Part shown: positions 50,895-62,770 of the stretch, piece by piece
How the letters are laid out: each line of letters starts with the position of its first letter
Numbering within the stretch: position 1 is the first letter of the stretch
NCBI RefSeq assembly: GCF_964213995.1
Contig: NC_135817.1
Coordinates: forward strand, 53,382,001 to 53,446,000
Source: Mustelus asterias
Taxonomy: Eukaryota
Direction of reading: 5' to 3'
Length of the DNA stretch: 64,000 nucleotides
The notes under the pieces: generated by a model
What the model saw: the letters and a program-made list of their open reading frames with translations, nothing else
Told to the model about the DNA's origin: nothing
The model's database searches: none
Program-made: the position numbers and the translations under genes

Positions 50895-51146
50895 AGTAGC
50901 ATTTACTTAAGCAGTGAAACTCAGCATTACGCGTCTATTCATATCAAAAATCCTTCAAAGAGGAAGCAAAAGCGGGAATTGAAGAAGGCAGAGCAGGACC
51001 AAACAACTGAATATGCAGTTTTAAAGGTCAGAGATAAAAATAATCCATTCTATGAAGATTCAGCACAATATTCTACTGTTGGCACATCGAACAGAAGGCA
51101 GACTGCTAACTACAATGCAACCACATATGCATCGCTTAAGAAATAA
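50895..51146 (+). CDS. Gene B exon 6: cytoplasmic tail with four Tyr-based inhibitory/switch-like motifs
   Basis: Phase-0 acceptor gttacag|. SSIYLSSETQHYASIHI...TTEYAVLKV...AQYSTVG...TTYASLKK*. Confidence 0.85.
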   Translation, partial: SSIYLSSETQHYASIHIKNPSKRKQKRELKKAEQDQTTEYAVLKVRDKNNPFYEDSAQYSTVGTSNRRQTANYNATTYASLKK

Positions 51147-51516
51147 ACATTTCATGTAGCCCTGATATGATCTAACCACTTTCTCAAGGTCAACTAAAAT
51201 GACAATAAATGCTGATCTTGCCAGTGATATTCACATCCTCCCCTGCCGAATGAATTAAAAAATGTTATTATTTTTGTGCAACAGTTTCCTAACTGCAGAT
51301 GTATAAACAAATGTAACATTAAAATGGTTCCAGTGTCTCAAAATGGACTTTGACTATTATTGTTCCTTTACGTTGAAATCAGCGAGCTATTGATAGCTTC
51401 AATGGTTAGTGTGTATTATGATGTTTACTAGATTCTATACACATTTCCTGCATCGCTTACTATCTTTTAAAATGAGCCAAAGTCTACTTATAGCTTGAAT
51501 TAATAAAGTAAACTCT

Positions 51517-51725
51517 GAGGAAGTAAAAGGGGGAATTGAAGAGACCACAGCAGGATAAAGTAAGGGACTATACAGTTTTAAATTTCAAAGATAAAAATAA
51601 TCCTTGAGAGGAAGGGTCGGTACAATATTCTATTGTTGGGCATTGAACAGAAGGTAGATTGCTAATGACAATTCAACCGCACATTGTTCACTTAAGCAGT
51701 AAACATCTAATGTAACCCTGATATG
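51517..51725 (+). pseudogene. Decayed tandem duplicate of the 3' part of gene B exon 6
   Basis: Colinear with 50960-51169, with stops (AGG AAG TAA; CCT TGA) and a 1-nt deletion. Confidence 0.88.
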
Positions 51726-52196
51726 CATTATTATAAGCATTGTTCTTCCTATTCTATTGATTGGTTGCAATTGTGTATTTTTCTTTTCTTGAGCATAATT
51801 TTAAAGAAAATATTCATGGAATATGGACACTTTTGACCCATCCTTAATTATCCTTTGTTTTGTATATCTGGAACTACTCAGAGATACTGAGAGATACTCA
51901 GCTGTGGTCGTAGTAAGATTTCATATCGTTTCACCGTTACATCTGATATCCTATTCTTCTTCCAATAAAATACAATAATCCTTTAGCTTATCATGATCCT
52001 ATCTAATTGAGGTTGCTTTTGAACTTAAACACTTAAATTATTCATCTCTTCCACATGGCCACACCATGCAATCTTATTTTTTTTCACCATCTCATGCTTA
52101 TGGAAATATACCAGGGTTCTCTATAGCTAGTAAATGATTGCTGTTGGACTTGCCCAAATAATTTCTGTGGCCTCTAGCATTGGATGTTGGTGTATG

Positions 52197-52500
52197 TGGT
52201 GACACAGTGGCACAGTGGTTAGCACTGCTGCCTCACAGCAACAGGGACCTGGGTCCAATTCCGGCCTCGGGTGACTGTGTGGAGTTTGCACATTCTCCCC
52301 GTGTCCGCATGGTTTTTCTACAGGTACTTCGGTTTCCTCCCATGCTCTAAAGATGTGCAGGTTAGGTAGATTGGCCATGCTAAATTGCCCCTTAGCGTCC
52401 CAAGATGTGTAGTTTAGATGGATTCATCATGATAAATGTATGGGGTTAGGGTAGGGGAAAAGGCCTGGGTAAGGTACTCTGCCAGAGAGAGTCGGTTTGA
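52197..52500 (+). mobile_element. HE1-like V-SINE
   Basis: Family consensus motifs. Confidence 0.85.
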
Positions 52501-53434
52501 ATAACTCTGAATGCTTATTTTTGTTGTTTATGAAGGAATGGTGCATCTCCAACTGCAACTCTGAATGTTCACATTTAACTGCACGTCTGAGACACTTGAA
52601 GCTGGTGTCCGATTTGCACAAAACTAATGAAATGTGCTAAATAAAAGCAAATTACTGCGGATACTGGAATCTGAAACCAAAAGAGAAAATCTCAGCAGAT
52701 CTGGCAGCATCTGTAAGCAGAGAAAAGGGCTGATGTTTCGAGTCCAGATGACCCTTTGCCAAAATCCTGTGGGATACTGCTACCCACTTCCAAGTTTACT
52801 GAGAAACCACCCCTACCTCCTCGTTTCTGCTTCCTCCCTTCCAAACAGATTTTCACCCAAGTTTCAAAATAATTTCATAATGCTTATTTTTTTCTTCAAT
52901 AATTTCCTTGAAAGTGCCTGGTGCAGGTATACTGTTGGAAATAAATATAGTTTTAAGTCAGCTTTTTTATTCATTCAAGGGATAGGGTATCCCCTTGGGG
53001 GGGAATGCCAGGGGGAACTGCCAGAGTAATTGCCAATAGGCACTGCCCAGGGGCAATGCCAGGTGGCAATGTTGGAGGCAGAGTGGAGGCCACATGCAGG
53101 GGCTCTGGCTTGGTTGGGGGGGGGGGGGGCGGGGGGAGTCCATTTTGGCATTCCTTTCTCCATGTGGGGATTGGGGGGCATTCCTCTTATATGCCAGGCG
53201 GTCCCTATGTCCATGGAGAAGAGGGGGTTGCGATGTCCTTGAGTGGGCTCAATGGTTGTAGGGGGGAACCTTACATTTAACTTTAAGATGGGAGAGCCCT
53301 TTAAACAATGTTTCAGAGCTCTGGCATTGCAAGCGTGTTACAGCCCTACCCCTCCAGCTAGCTGAGTGATCTTCGCCAGTGCTCTGAAATTGCACACAGT
53401 GCTATTTAATCAGGTGAGAAATCAGGCCACTGTA

Positions 53435-56152
53435 TTTGTATGGCTAGTTCAGTTGAGGTTCTGGTCAATGGTAACCCCCCCAAGATGTTGATAGTGGGGG
53501 TTTCATGATGTAATGCCATGGATTGTCAAGGGGTGATGGTTACGTTCTCATGTGTTGGAGATAGTCATTGCCAGGCACTTGCGTGGCACAAATGTTATTT
53601 GCCACTTGTCAACCCAAGCCTGGATATTGTCCAGGTCTTGCTGCATTTGAACATGAACTGCTGCACTATTTGAGGAGTCGCAAATGGTACTGAACATTGT
53701 GCAATCATCAACGAACATCCTCATTTATGACATTATGTTGGAAGGAAGCTCATTGATGAAGCAGCTGCAGATGCTGGGCCTAGGACACTCTGCTGAGGAA
53801 CTCCAATTGGTGATGTCCTGGAATGGCATGACTGACTTCCAACAACCACAACCATCTTACTTTGTGCCAGGTATGACTCCAACCAGCAGATAGTTTTCCC
53901 CCGATTCCCATTGACTCCAGCTTTCCTTGGCACCTTGATAGCATACTTAGTCAAATGCTGCCTTGATGTTAAGGACAGTCACTCTCACCTCAGTTCTGGA
54001 GTTCAACTCTTTTGTCAATGTTTGAACCAAGGCTGTAATGAGGTGAGGAGCTAAGTGGACCTGACAGAATCCAAACTGAGCATCCGTGAGCAAGTTATTC
54101 CTAAGCAAGTGCCACTTGTTGCACAGTAGGTGATTCCTTCTGTCACTTTACTGAAGATCGAGAGTAGATTGATGGTGCAGTAATTGGCTGGGTTGTTTTT
54201 GTCCTTTTTATATGTAGGACATATCTGGGCAATTTTTCACATTGCGGATCGATGCCAGTGTTGTAGCTGTTTAGCTGGAACAGTTTAGCGAGGGGTGTGG
54301 CAAGTTCTGGAGCACAAGTCTTGAGGACTATTGTCAGAATGTTGTCAAGGCCCATAGTTTTTGCCGTATCCAGTGCTTTCAGCCGTTCCTTGATATCAAG
54401 TGGAGTGAATCGAGTTGGCTGAAAATTGGCATCTCTGATGCTGGGGACCTCCAGAGGAGACCGAGATGGATCATCCACTTGGCGCTTTAGGCTGATAATT
54501 GTAGCAAATGCATCAGCCCTGTCTTGTGCCGGGTCCTCCATCATTGAGGATGGGAATATTTGTGGAGCCTCCTCCTCCAGTGGGTTGTTTAAGTGTCCAC
54601 CACCATTCACAGCTGGATGTGTCAGAACTGCAGAGCTTAGATCTGATGCATTAGTTGTGGGTTTGCTTAGCTCTGTCCAGCACTTGCTGATATGCTGTTT
54701 GGCACACAAGTAGTCCTGTGTTGTAGCTTCACCAGATTGACATTTCATACTTAGTATGCCTGGTGCTGCCCTCCTGCACTTTTAATTGAAACAGGGTTGA
54801 TCCCCTAGCTTGGTGGTAATGGTAGAGTAGTGGATCTGCTGGGTCACGAGATTACAGATTGTGATTGAGTACAATGTTGGCACAATGGTTAGCACTGCTG
54901 CCTCACAGCGCCGGGGGCCCAGGTTTGATACCTGGCTTGGTTCACTCTCTGTGCAGAGTCTGCACATTCTCCCCGTGTCTCCGTGGGTTTCCTCCGGGCG
55001 CTCCACTTTCCTCCCACACTCCAAAAGACGTGCTGGTTAGGTGCATTGGCCATGCTAAATTCTCCCTCAGTGTACCCAAATAGATGCCGGAGTGTGGCAA
55101 CTGAGATTTTCACAATAACTTCATTGCAGTGTTAATGTAAACCTACTTGTGACACTAATAAACAAACTTTAAAAACTTCAAAACTTTTGCTGCTGCTGAT
55201 GGCCCATATCGCCTCATGATTGTCCAGTCTTGAATTGCTAGATCTATTCAAAATCTATCCAATTTGGCACAGTGCCACACCACATGATAAAGGTGTCCTC
55301 AGTGTGAAGACAGAACTTTATCACCACAAGGATTGTGCAGTGGTCACTCCTACCGATACTGTCATGAACAGATGCATCTGCGGCAGGCAGGTTGGTGAGG
55401 ATGAAGTCAAGTATGATTTTCCCTCTTGCTGGTTCCCTTACCACCTGGTTGCAAGCCCAATCTAGCAGCTATGTCCTCTAGGACCCGGCCAGCTTGGTGA
55501 TGCTACTGAGCCACTCTTGGTGATGGATATTGAAGTCTCCCACCCAGAGTACATTCTGCATCCTTGCCATCCTCAGTGCTTCCTCAAAGTGGTGTTCAAC
55601 ATGGAAGAGTACTGATTCATCAGCTGAGGGGGGGGTAGGGGGTGCAATATTTGATAATCAGCAGGAGGTTTCTTTGCCCATGTTTTACCTCATGCCATGA
55701 GACTTCATAGGGTCTGGAGTTGATCTTGAAGACTCCCAGGGCAACTCCCCCCCCCCCCCTGACTGTATACCACTGTGCCACTGGTGGGTCAGTACATACT
55801 GAGGAAATTGTTGGCAGTGCCTGGGACATTGTAGGATATGATTGTTTCAGTATGACTGTGTCAGGCTGTTGCTTGATTAGTCTGTGAGCCTGCTCTCCAA
55901 GTTTGGCACAAGTCCCTAGATTTAAGTAAGGAGGATTTGCAAGGTCGACAGGGCTGCATTTGCCACTGTCATTTCCTGTGTTAGACCGATGCCGGATGGC
56001 CTGTCTAGTTTCATTTCATTTTGTAGACTTTGTAGCAGTTGGATACAGCTTAAGTGGATTGCTAGGCCATTTCAGTGGACATTAGTCAACCACATTGATT
56101 TAGGTCTGGAGTCACATGTAGGCCAGATCAAATAAGGACAGCATTTTCCCTG
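53435..56152 (-). mobile_element. Second, more decayed copy of the 29850-32345 LINE family, retaining its 5' region; V-SINE inserted at 54877-55186
   Basis: LKALDTAKTMGLDNILTIVLKTCAPELATPLAKLFQ and ILDFILTNLP; colinear with the first copy. Confidence 0.88.
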
Positions 56153-56162
56153 ATGTTGGGAG

Positions 56163-57413
56163 TGTTATGAATATGGTGTTAAATTTAAGCTTAATTTGTG
56201 TCTCTATACTTGTCTGTTAAGGAAGGGCTAAGAATTTGGCTTTTTGTTTAACTTTTTACAAGTTGCCTGTAAGTCTGTGGGTCTGTTTTAATGCCTGCAT
56301 TGTGATGATGTTTTTATAGCTTTAATGCAAACTCATGGGGTATCAAAACTTTAGGCTGCTATTTATCATCAGGAACCCACACAGAAAAGCTGAAACAGTT
56401 AGCTCAGTTGAAAGAAGGTAACCCAGGAATAAGCAGCTCTCACGTAAACTGTTGGAACAGGCAAGACATGAAAGGAGACTTCAATGAACATGCCATATGC
56501 TAAAGAACAACAAATCCCAACAACCAGGGATTGGGACAGAAGAGCATTCCAGGAAAGCTGTGAAGCCAAAGGAACAAAAGACAGGAATCTGGGGGGAATA
56601 TTCTATTTAGTGAAGTTGAGAGTGAGGAACAGGAAAAGACTCCAAGTTAAAAGGCAAAGGTGCAGGAAGCAGAGGTAAAGCAATAAGCTTGTCAGAAGCC
56701 AGAAATCCGAGCTGATCAGAAGGTTGGTGACTCCTTACTACAGGCCTATGAAGCAATGCTGTTCTGTTAATGGTTGGGTATCTGAGAGATTGCATGGAAG
56801 CTTGAATGCACATGGAAATCCAAGGCAGAGGAATACTGGGAGCAGAGGTTGGAATCCTGGAAGTGGATCCTCGGTGAAGACATCTGAGGAAAAAGCACCA
56901 TTTGGTAGAAGATTCCAAGGTGTGTTCTTTGAGATCAAAGATTGGAAACCCTCATGAAGACAGAATTCCAGTGAGGATGAATTGGCTCGTAGATTGACAG
57001 GCACCTGGGGGGAATTAATAAAAACTCTACAGAAGTTATTTTGACCGGCAAATATCACTTGGATTTAGAATGTGGTGTGTCTTACCACATTTCGCCAATT
57101 AGTTTATATGGACTGTGTACTTATGGTGAACCTTTGGAATATAAGATAGATTTTTCTAACTTGAGTTATTCTTACAAATCTGTATATATCTGTAAGGGTA
57201 CAGCTGGGGTAAAGGAGTTGTGTATTATAGTTCACCTTTTCTTATTTAATAAGTGTTTTATTATTTTGTTAAATGTTCATCACTAGTCCCATAATTCTGT
57301 TCAGTAGTCGCCTTCCATGAATCTAAACAAAAAATAGAAGTTAGAATTTATCAAGCCTGGTTCCATTCTGGAAGTTGACCTGTCCAATAGTAACATTAGC
57401 TGGGATCGTAACA
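56163..57413 (+). mobile_element. Probable solo LTR
   Basis: Begins TGTTA and ends TAACA; about 1.25 kb, non-coding; aataag-type signal near the 3' end. No TSD seen. Confidence 0.5.
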
Positions 57414-57719
57414 ATATCACATCCCAAAGAACAATATCCCTCACTTCATCAAATTCAATAGATCAGGTTTGTCAAAACTGATCTCTATTTACAGGGGTAA
57501 CGCATCTCTGTCTCTCGTCATGATGAGGTGCGTGCACTTGTATGGCACATTGTCCATCTCACTCCTCCACCCCTGAGAGGGCAGACAGGACTGTTAAAAC
57601 ATCTTATCCAAAAGAAATCTTGAGCTGGAATGTCAGGTTTGATTTTTGTGCTCAAGTCTCTGAGGTGGAATTAGAAATCACAGACTGAAATTTTCCAATA
57701 ATTTCCACTGACGGGATTA

Positions 57720-58878
57720 AAAAAAAGAACAAAGAACAAAGAACAACACAGCACAGGAACAGGCCCTTTGGCCCTCCAAGCCCGTGCCGCTCTCTGGTCC
57801 AAACTAGACCATTCTTTTGTATCCCTCCATTCCCACTCTGTTCATATGGCTATCTAGATAAGTCTTAAACGTTCCCAGTGTGTCCGCCTCCACCACCTTG
57901 CCTGGCAGCGCATTCCAGGCCTCCACCACCCTCTGTGTAAAATATGTCCTTCTGATATCTGTGTTAAACCTCCTCCCCTTTACCTTGAACCTATGACCCC
58001 TCGTGAATGTCACCACCGACCTGGGGAAAAACTTCCCACCGTTCACCCTATCTATGCCTTTCATAATTTTATACACCTCTATTAAGTCTCCCCTCATCCT
58101 CCGTCTTTCCAGGGAGAACAACCCCAGTTTACCCAATCTCTCCTCATAACTAAGCCCCTCCATACCAGGCAACATCCTGGTAAACCTCCTCTGTACTCTC
58201 TCCAAAGCCTCCACGTCCTTCTGGTAGTGTGGCGACCAGAACTGGACGCAGTATTCCAAATGCGGCCGAACCAATGTTCTATACATCTGCAACATCAGAC
58301 CCCAACTTTTATACTCTATGCCCCGTCCTATAAAGGCAAGCATGCCATATGCCTTCTTCACCACCTTCTCCACCTGTGACGTCACCTTCAAGGATCTGTG
58401 GACTTGCACACCCAGGTCCCTCTGTGTATCTACACCCTTTATGGTTCTGCCATTTATCGTATAGCTCCTCCCTACATTATTTCTACCAAAATGCATCACT
58501 TCGCATTTATCAGGATTGAACTCCATCTGCCATTTCTTTGCCCAAATTTCCAGCCTATCTATATCCTTCTGTAGCTTCTGACAATGCTCCTCACTATCTG
58601 CAAGTCCTGCCAATTTTGTGTCGTCTGCAAACTTACTGATCACCCCAGTTACACCTTCTTCCAGATCATTTATATAAATCACAAACAGGTCCCAATACAG
58701 AGCCCTGCGGAACACCACTAGTCACAGGCCTCCAGCCGGAAAAAGACCCTTCCACTACCACCCTCTGTCTTCTGTGACCAAGCCAGTTCTCCACCCATCT
58801 AGCCACCTCCCCCTTTATCCCATGAGATCCAACCTTTTTCACCAGCCTACCATGAGGGACTTTGTCAAACGTCTTACG
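57720..58878 (-). mobile_element. Young 5'-truncated CR1 LINE inserted into a MITE
   Basis: 304-aa RT C-terminal ORF (YINDL...KFADDTKL...), with upstream KTFDKVPHGRL...SGVPQGSVLGP; (ttctttg)n tail. Confidence 0.95.
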
Positions 58879-60442
58879 GATCTTATGGACTTGTCGATGG
58901 TGACGCCCCTGCCATGGGTTCCCCAGTGGCAGAGGGTATGAACAACAGAAAAATCTGTTGACAGCAGCCAGATCACAAGATCCTGTCACTGGTCAATGGC
59001 AGTTTGCATCCGCCAATGCTGCCATCGCGAGGTGGCGCAGAAAAACATGCCCACAATCTTCTGACTCAGAGATAAGAGTGAGCCACAGCTGGCAATACAC
59101 ACTCATATCATTAATCCAATACCAAACACAGTAACTGCCTTCAATTCACCTTTGTTCCAGGTGTCAAACCTTACTGATATTCTGAAATGAAAATTTATTA
59201 ATCTATGATACCTACAAGGTACTCCCTGAATGGATGCAGAAAAGCATGTGGAAGGTTTATGTTGCCCATGTTGGGATCTCCTGAGATGCTTATCAAATTT
59301 GAGCATTTGGCTTCAGCACATAGCTCTTCAGTTATTGCTGGGGCTATTTTGTCCAGTTGGCTTTCATGGGACCATGATGAATATTGTTTGAGCATATGCC
59401 ATAGGAGCAGATGTGACAACATCTTGACAGAGGTCAACTTGTATCATTGTCATTGCACCATTGACACAGCAATGGAGTTATCGTTTATTGATGCCACAGA
59501 GCAATAGGAAAGCAGACTCCAGGAAATGAGTGATACCTTCTGACTCTTCAAGGTGGATATCAGTGTCCAGGGTCTGGTTTTATTGAGTTCACACAAAAGA
59601 ACCGATCTTCAAGTGATGTATGTAAATGAGACTAAATGGCTGATTCAGGCAGGTGGTTGCTGCCATTTTTCTTCCTTTCCCAAAGTGGCGACTGGGCACT
59701 TGCAGACAGAAATATGTACACACTTCCTGACTACCATATTGTGGGCTTAATAAACCAGTTAACACCTTTGAAATGAGCATGAGCTACTGAATTTATTTTC
59801 AAATATGATTCCATTAAGCATGGAGTGAAAAGCCCATGTTAACCTAATTTTATGTTTTTCACTATAGTATCTAAATGTACATTCAGTGATCATGATTTCA
59901 AGTGTGGACCATTTTAACTCCCTAACCTCATTTAAAATTGTCTCGTGAATGTCCCATCAAATTGTTTCAGGAACAAGAAACTTTCTGACTTTCAGGATTC
60001 CTGGTGAGCCCGTCAAGGTCTATCTAAAGTAGAAACTGATGTCTGAAACGGAGCCTTTAGCTGGTTCATTTTTGCAAAATTGAATTTGGTCAGAAATGAG
60101 TGGTAGCCAAGCCTCCAAAGTTTCCTGTCATCTCCTGGGAGCTCATGGTTAAAAGGTGAGGGTGAGAAGGAAACATTTCCCTTCTTATAATGACAGGAAG
60201 CTTCCAAAAGTGGATGTTCACCAGGCTAGAGAAATGTAGCTGAAAGCATCAGCTCCAGGAGATACAGGTAGGAAGCACTTCAATCATCTCGGAAGATAGC
60301 AAGAATGAGTACAGGTCTTTATTTCTGCTTCTCCCTGCATTACACTTGGCAACAGTGCTTGCCTCTCCCGCAGTACAATTCTTCCTCTGATTCACATTCT
60401 TCATCACCTATAACAAGAGAACATTGATATAAAAGCGAAATA

Positions 60443-60745
60443 AAGTTTAAAATGTATTTATTAGTGTCACAAGTAGGCTTACAATAACACTGCAATGTGG
60501 TTACTGTGAAAATCCCCTAGTTGCCACACTCCAGCGCCTGTTTAGGTACACTGAGGTAGAATTTAGCATGGCCAATGCACCTAACCAGCACGTCTTTCAG
60601 ACTGTGGGAGGAAAGCGGAGAAGCCGGAGGAAACCCACGCAGACACGGGGAGAACACACAGGTAGTGACCCAAGCTGATAATCCAACCTGGGTTATCCTT
60701 GCACTGTGAGGCAGCAGTGCTAACCACTGTGTCACTGTGCCACCC
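60443..60745 (-). mobile_element. V-SINE with alternative (Rex1-like) tail
   Basis: Tail matches 38245-38546. Confidence 0.85.
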
Positions 60746-60937
60746 TACGGATTCTGCGGATGCTGGAATCTAAAACTATGGAAAGCTACGTAAGTGGACA
60801 GAGTAAAAGAGACTCTCAGCCTTTATAACCACCATTCACATTCCCTTTGTCCTTTTGTCTATTACATCCTGGTCTATTACACTCCCCACCCTTACCCTTA
60901 CAGTATAAATTTCACCCTATTTTCTTTGTCCTCAGCT

Positions 60938-60968
60938 CTGACGAAGGGTATTCCAGACCTGAAACGTT
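60938..60968 (+). ncRNA. Hammerhead ribozyme core in a Penelope pLTR
   Basis: CTGACGA-A-GGGT-attccag-ACCT-GAAACGTT. Confidence 0.6.
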
Positions 60969-61054
60969 GGCTCTATTCTGTCTCCACAGATATTGTCAGA
61001 CCTGCTGAGATTTTCTGGTATTTTCTGTTTTTATGACAAGATCAAAGTTTTCAA

Positions 61055-61922
61055 AGCTTGCAGAGGGATTTGGACCAACTAGAAAAATGGGCTGAAAAAT
61101 GGCAAATGGAATTTAACGCAGACAAGTGTGAGATATTGCACTTTGGAAGGACAAACCAAAGTAGAACGTACAGGGTAAATGGTAGGACTCAAGAGTGCAG
61201 TTGAACAAAGGGATCTGGGAATACAGGTACAGAATTCCCTAAAAGTGACGTCACAGGTGGATAGGGTCGTAAAGAGTGCCTTTGGTACATTGGCCTTTAT
61301 AAATCGGAGTATCGAGTATAAAAGTTGGAGTGTTATGGTAAGGTTATATAAGGCATTGGTGAGGCCAAATCTGGAGTATTGTGTGCAGTTTTGGTCACCT
61401 AGTTACAGGAAGGATGTAAATAAGGTTGAAAGAGTGCAGAGAAGGTTCACAAGGATGTTGCCAGGACTTGAGAAGCTAAGTTACAGAGAGAGATTGAATA
61501 GGTTGGGACTTTATTCCCTGGAGCGTAGAAGATTGAGGGGAGATTTGATAGAGGTGTATAAGATTTTGATGGGTATAGATAGAGTGAATGCAAGCAGGCT
61601 TTTTCCGCTGAGGCTAGGGGAGAAAAAGACCAGAGAGCATGGGTTAAGGGTGAAAGGAGAAAAGTTTAAAGGGAATATTAGGGGGGGCTTCTTCACGCAG
61701 AGAGTGGTGGGAGTGTGGAATGAGCTGCCGGATAAAGTGGTGAATGCGGGGTCACTTTTAACATTTAAGAAAAACTTGGACGGGTTCATGGATGAGAGGG
61801 GTGTGGAGGGATATGGTCCAAGTGCAGGTCAGTGGGACTAGGCAAAAAATGGTTCGGCACAGACAAGAAGGGCCAAAAGGCCTGTTTCTGAGCTGTAATT
61901 TTCTATGGTTTCTATGGTTCTA
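61055..61922 (+). mobile_element. 5'-truncated CR1 LINE
   Basis: 220-aa ORF with RPNLEYCVQFWSPSYRKD; (tctatggtt)n tail. Confidence 0.95.
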
Positions 61923-62232
61923 TCGCATTATATTGCCTCCCTATCTAAACACATTCTCACCCCTTATTTACCTCCCCAAAATCACAGGTCTTAAATGTTA
62001 ACTCTGATTTTCTTTCTACAGATGCTGTCAGACCTGCTGAATAGCTTTGTACTTTTCTGTTTATATTTCAGTAGCCACTAATGGCACTTTGTTATCAATG
62101 TAAAAGTATGGATTTTATTTTTACATTACTTTTATTTCTACCAAGAACAAAATGAAAACGTGGACAGATTGGGTTTAAATTAGGTACTCAAAATACTTGT
62201 CAATAATTCTGATAAGATTTTAATCACAGCTC

Positions 62233-62770
62233 CGGTCACCCTATTATAGAAAGGACATTATTAAACTAGAAAGAGTGCAGAAGAGATTTACTAGGATGTT
62301 ACCGGGACTTGATGGTTTGAGTTATAAGGAGAGGCTGGCTAGACTGGGACTTTTTCCTCTGGAGCATAGAAGGCTGAGGAGTGATCTTATAGAGGTCTAT
62401 AAAATAATGAGGGGCACAGATCAGCTAGAAAGTCAATATCTTTTCCCAAAGGTAGGGGAGTCTAAAAGTAGAGGGCATGGGTTTAAGGTGAGAGGAGAGA
62501 GATACAAAAAGGTCCAGAGAGACAATTTTTTCACACAGAGGGTGGTGAGTGTCTGGAACAAGCTGCCAGAGGTAGTAGTAGAGGCGGGTACAATTTTGTC
62601 TTTTAAAAAGCGTTTAGACAGTTACATGGGTAAAGATGGGTATAGAAGGATATGGGCCAAATGTGGGAATTGGGACTATCTTAGGGGTTTAAAAAAAGGG
62701 GCAGCATGGACAAGTTGGGCTGAAGGGCCTGTTTCTATGCTGCAAACATCCATGACTCTATGACTCCATG
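62233..62770 (+). mobile_element. CR1 LINE 3' end (same young subfamily as 5893 and 18027)
   Basis: QKRFTRMLPGLDGLSYKERL...; (ctatga) tail. Confidence 0.93.
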
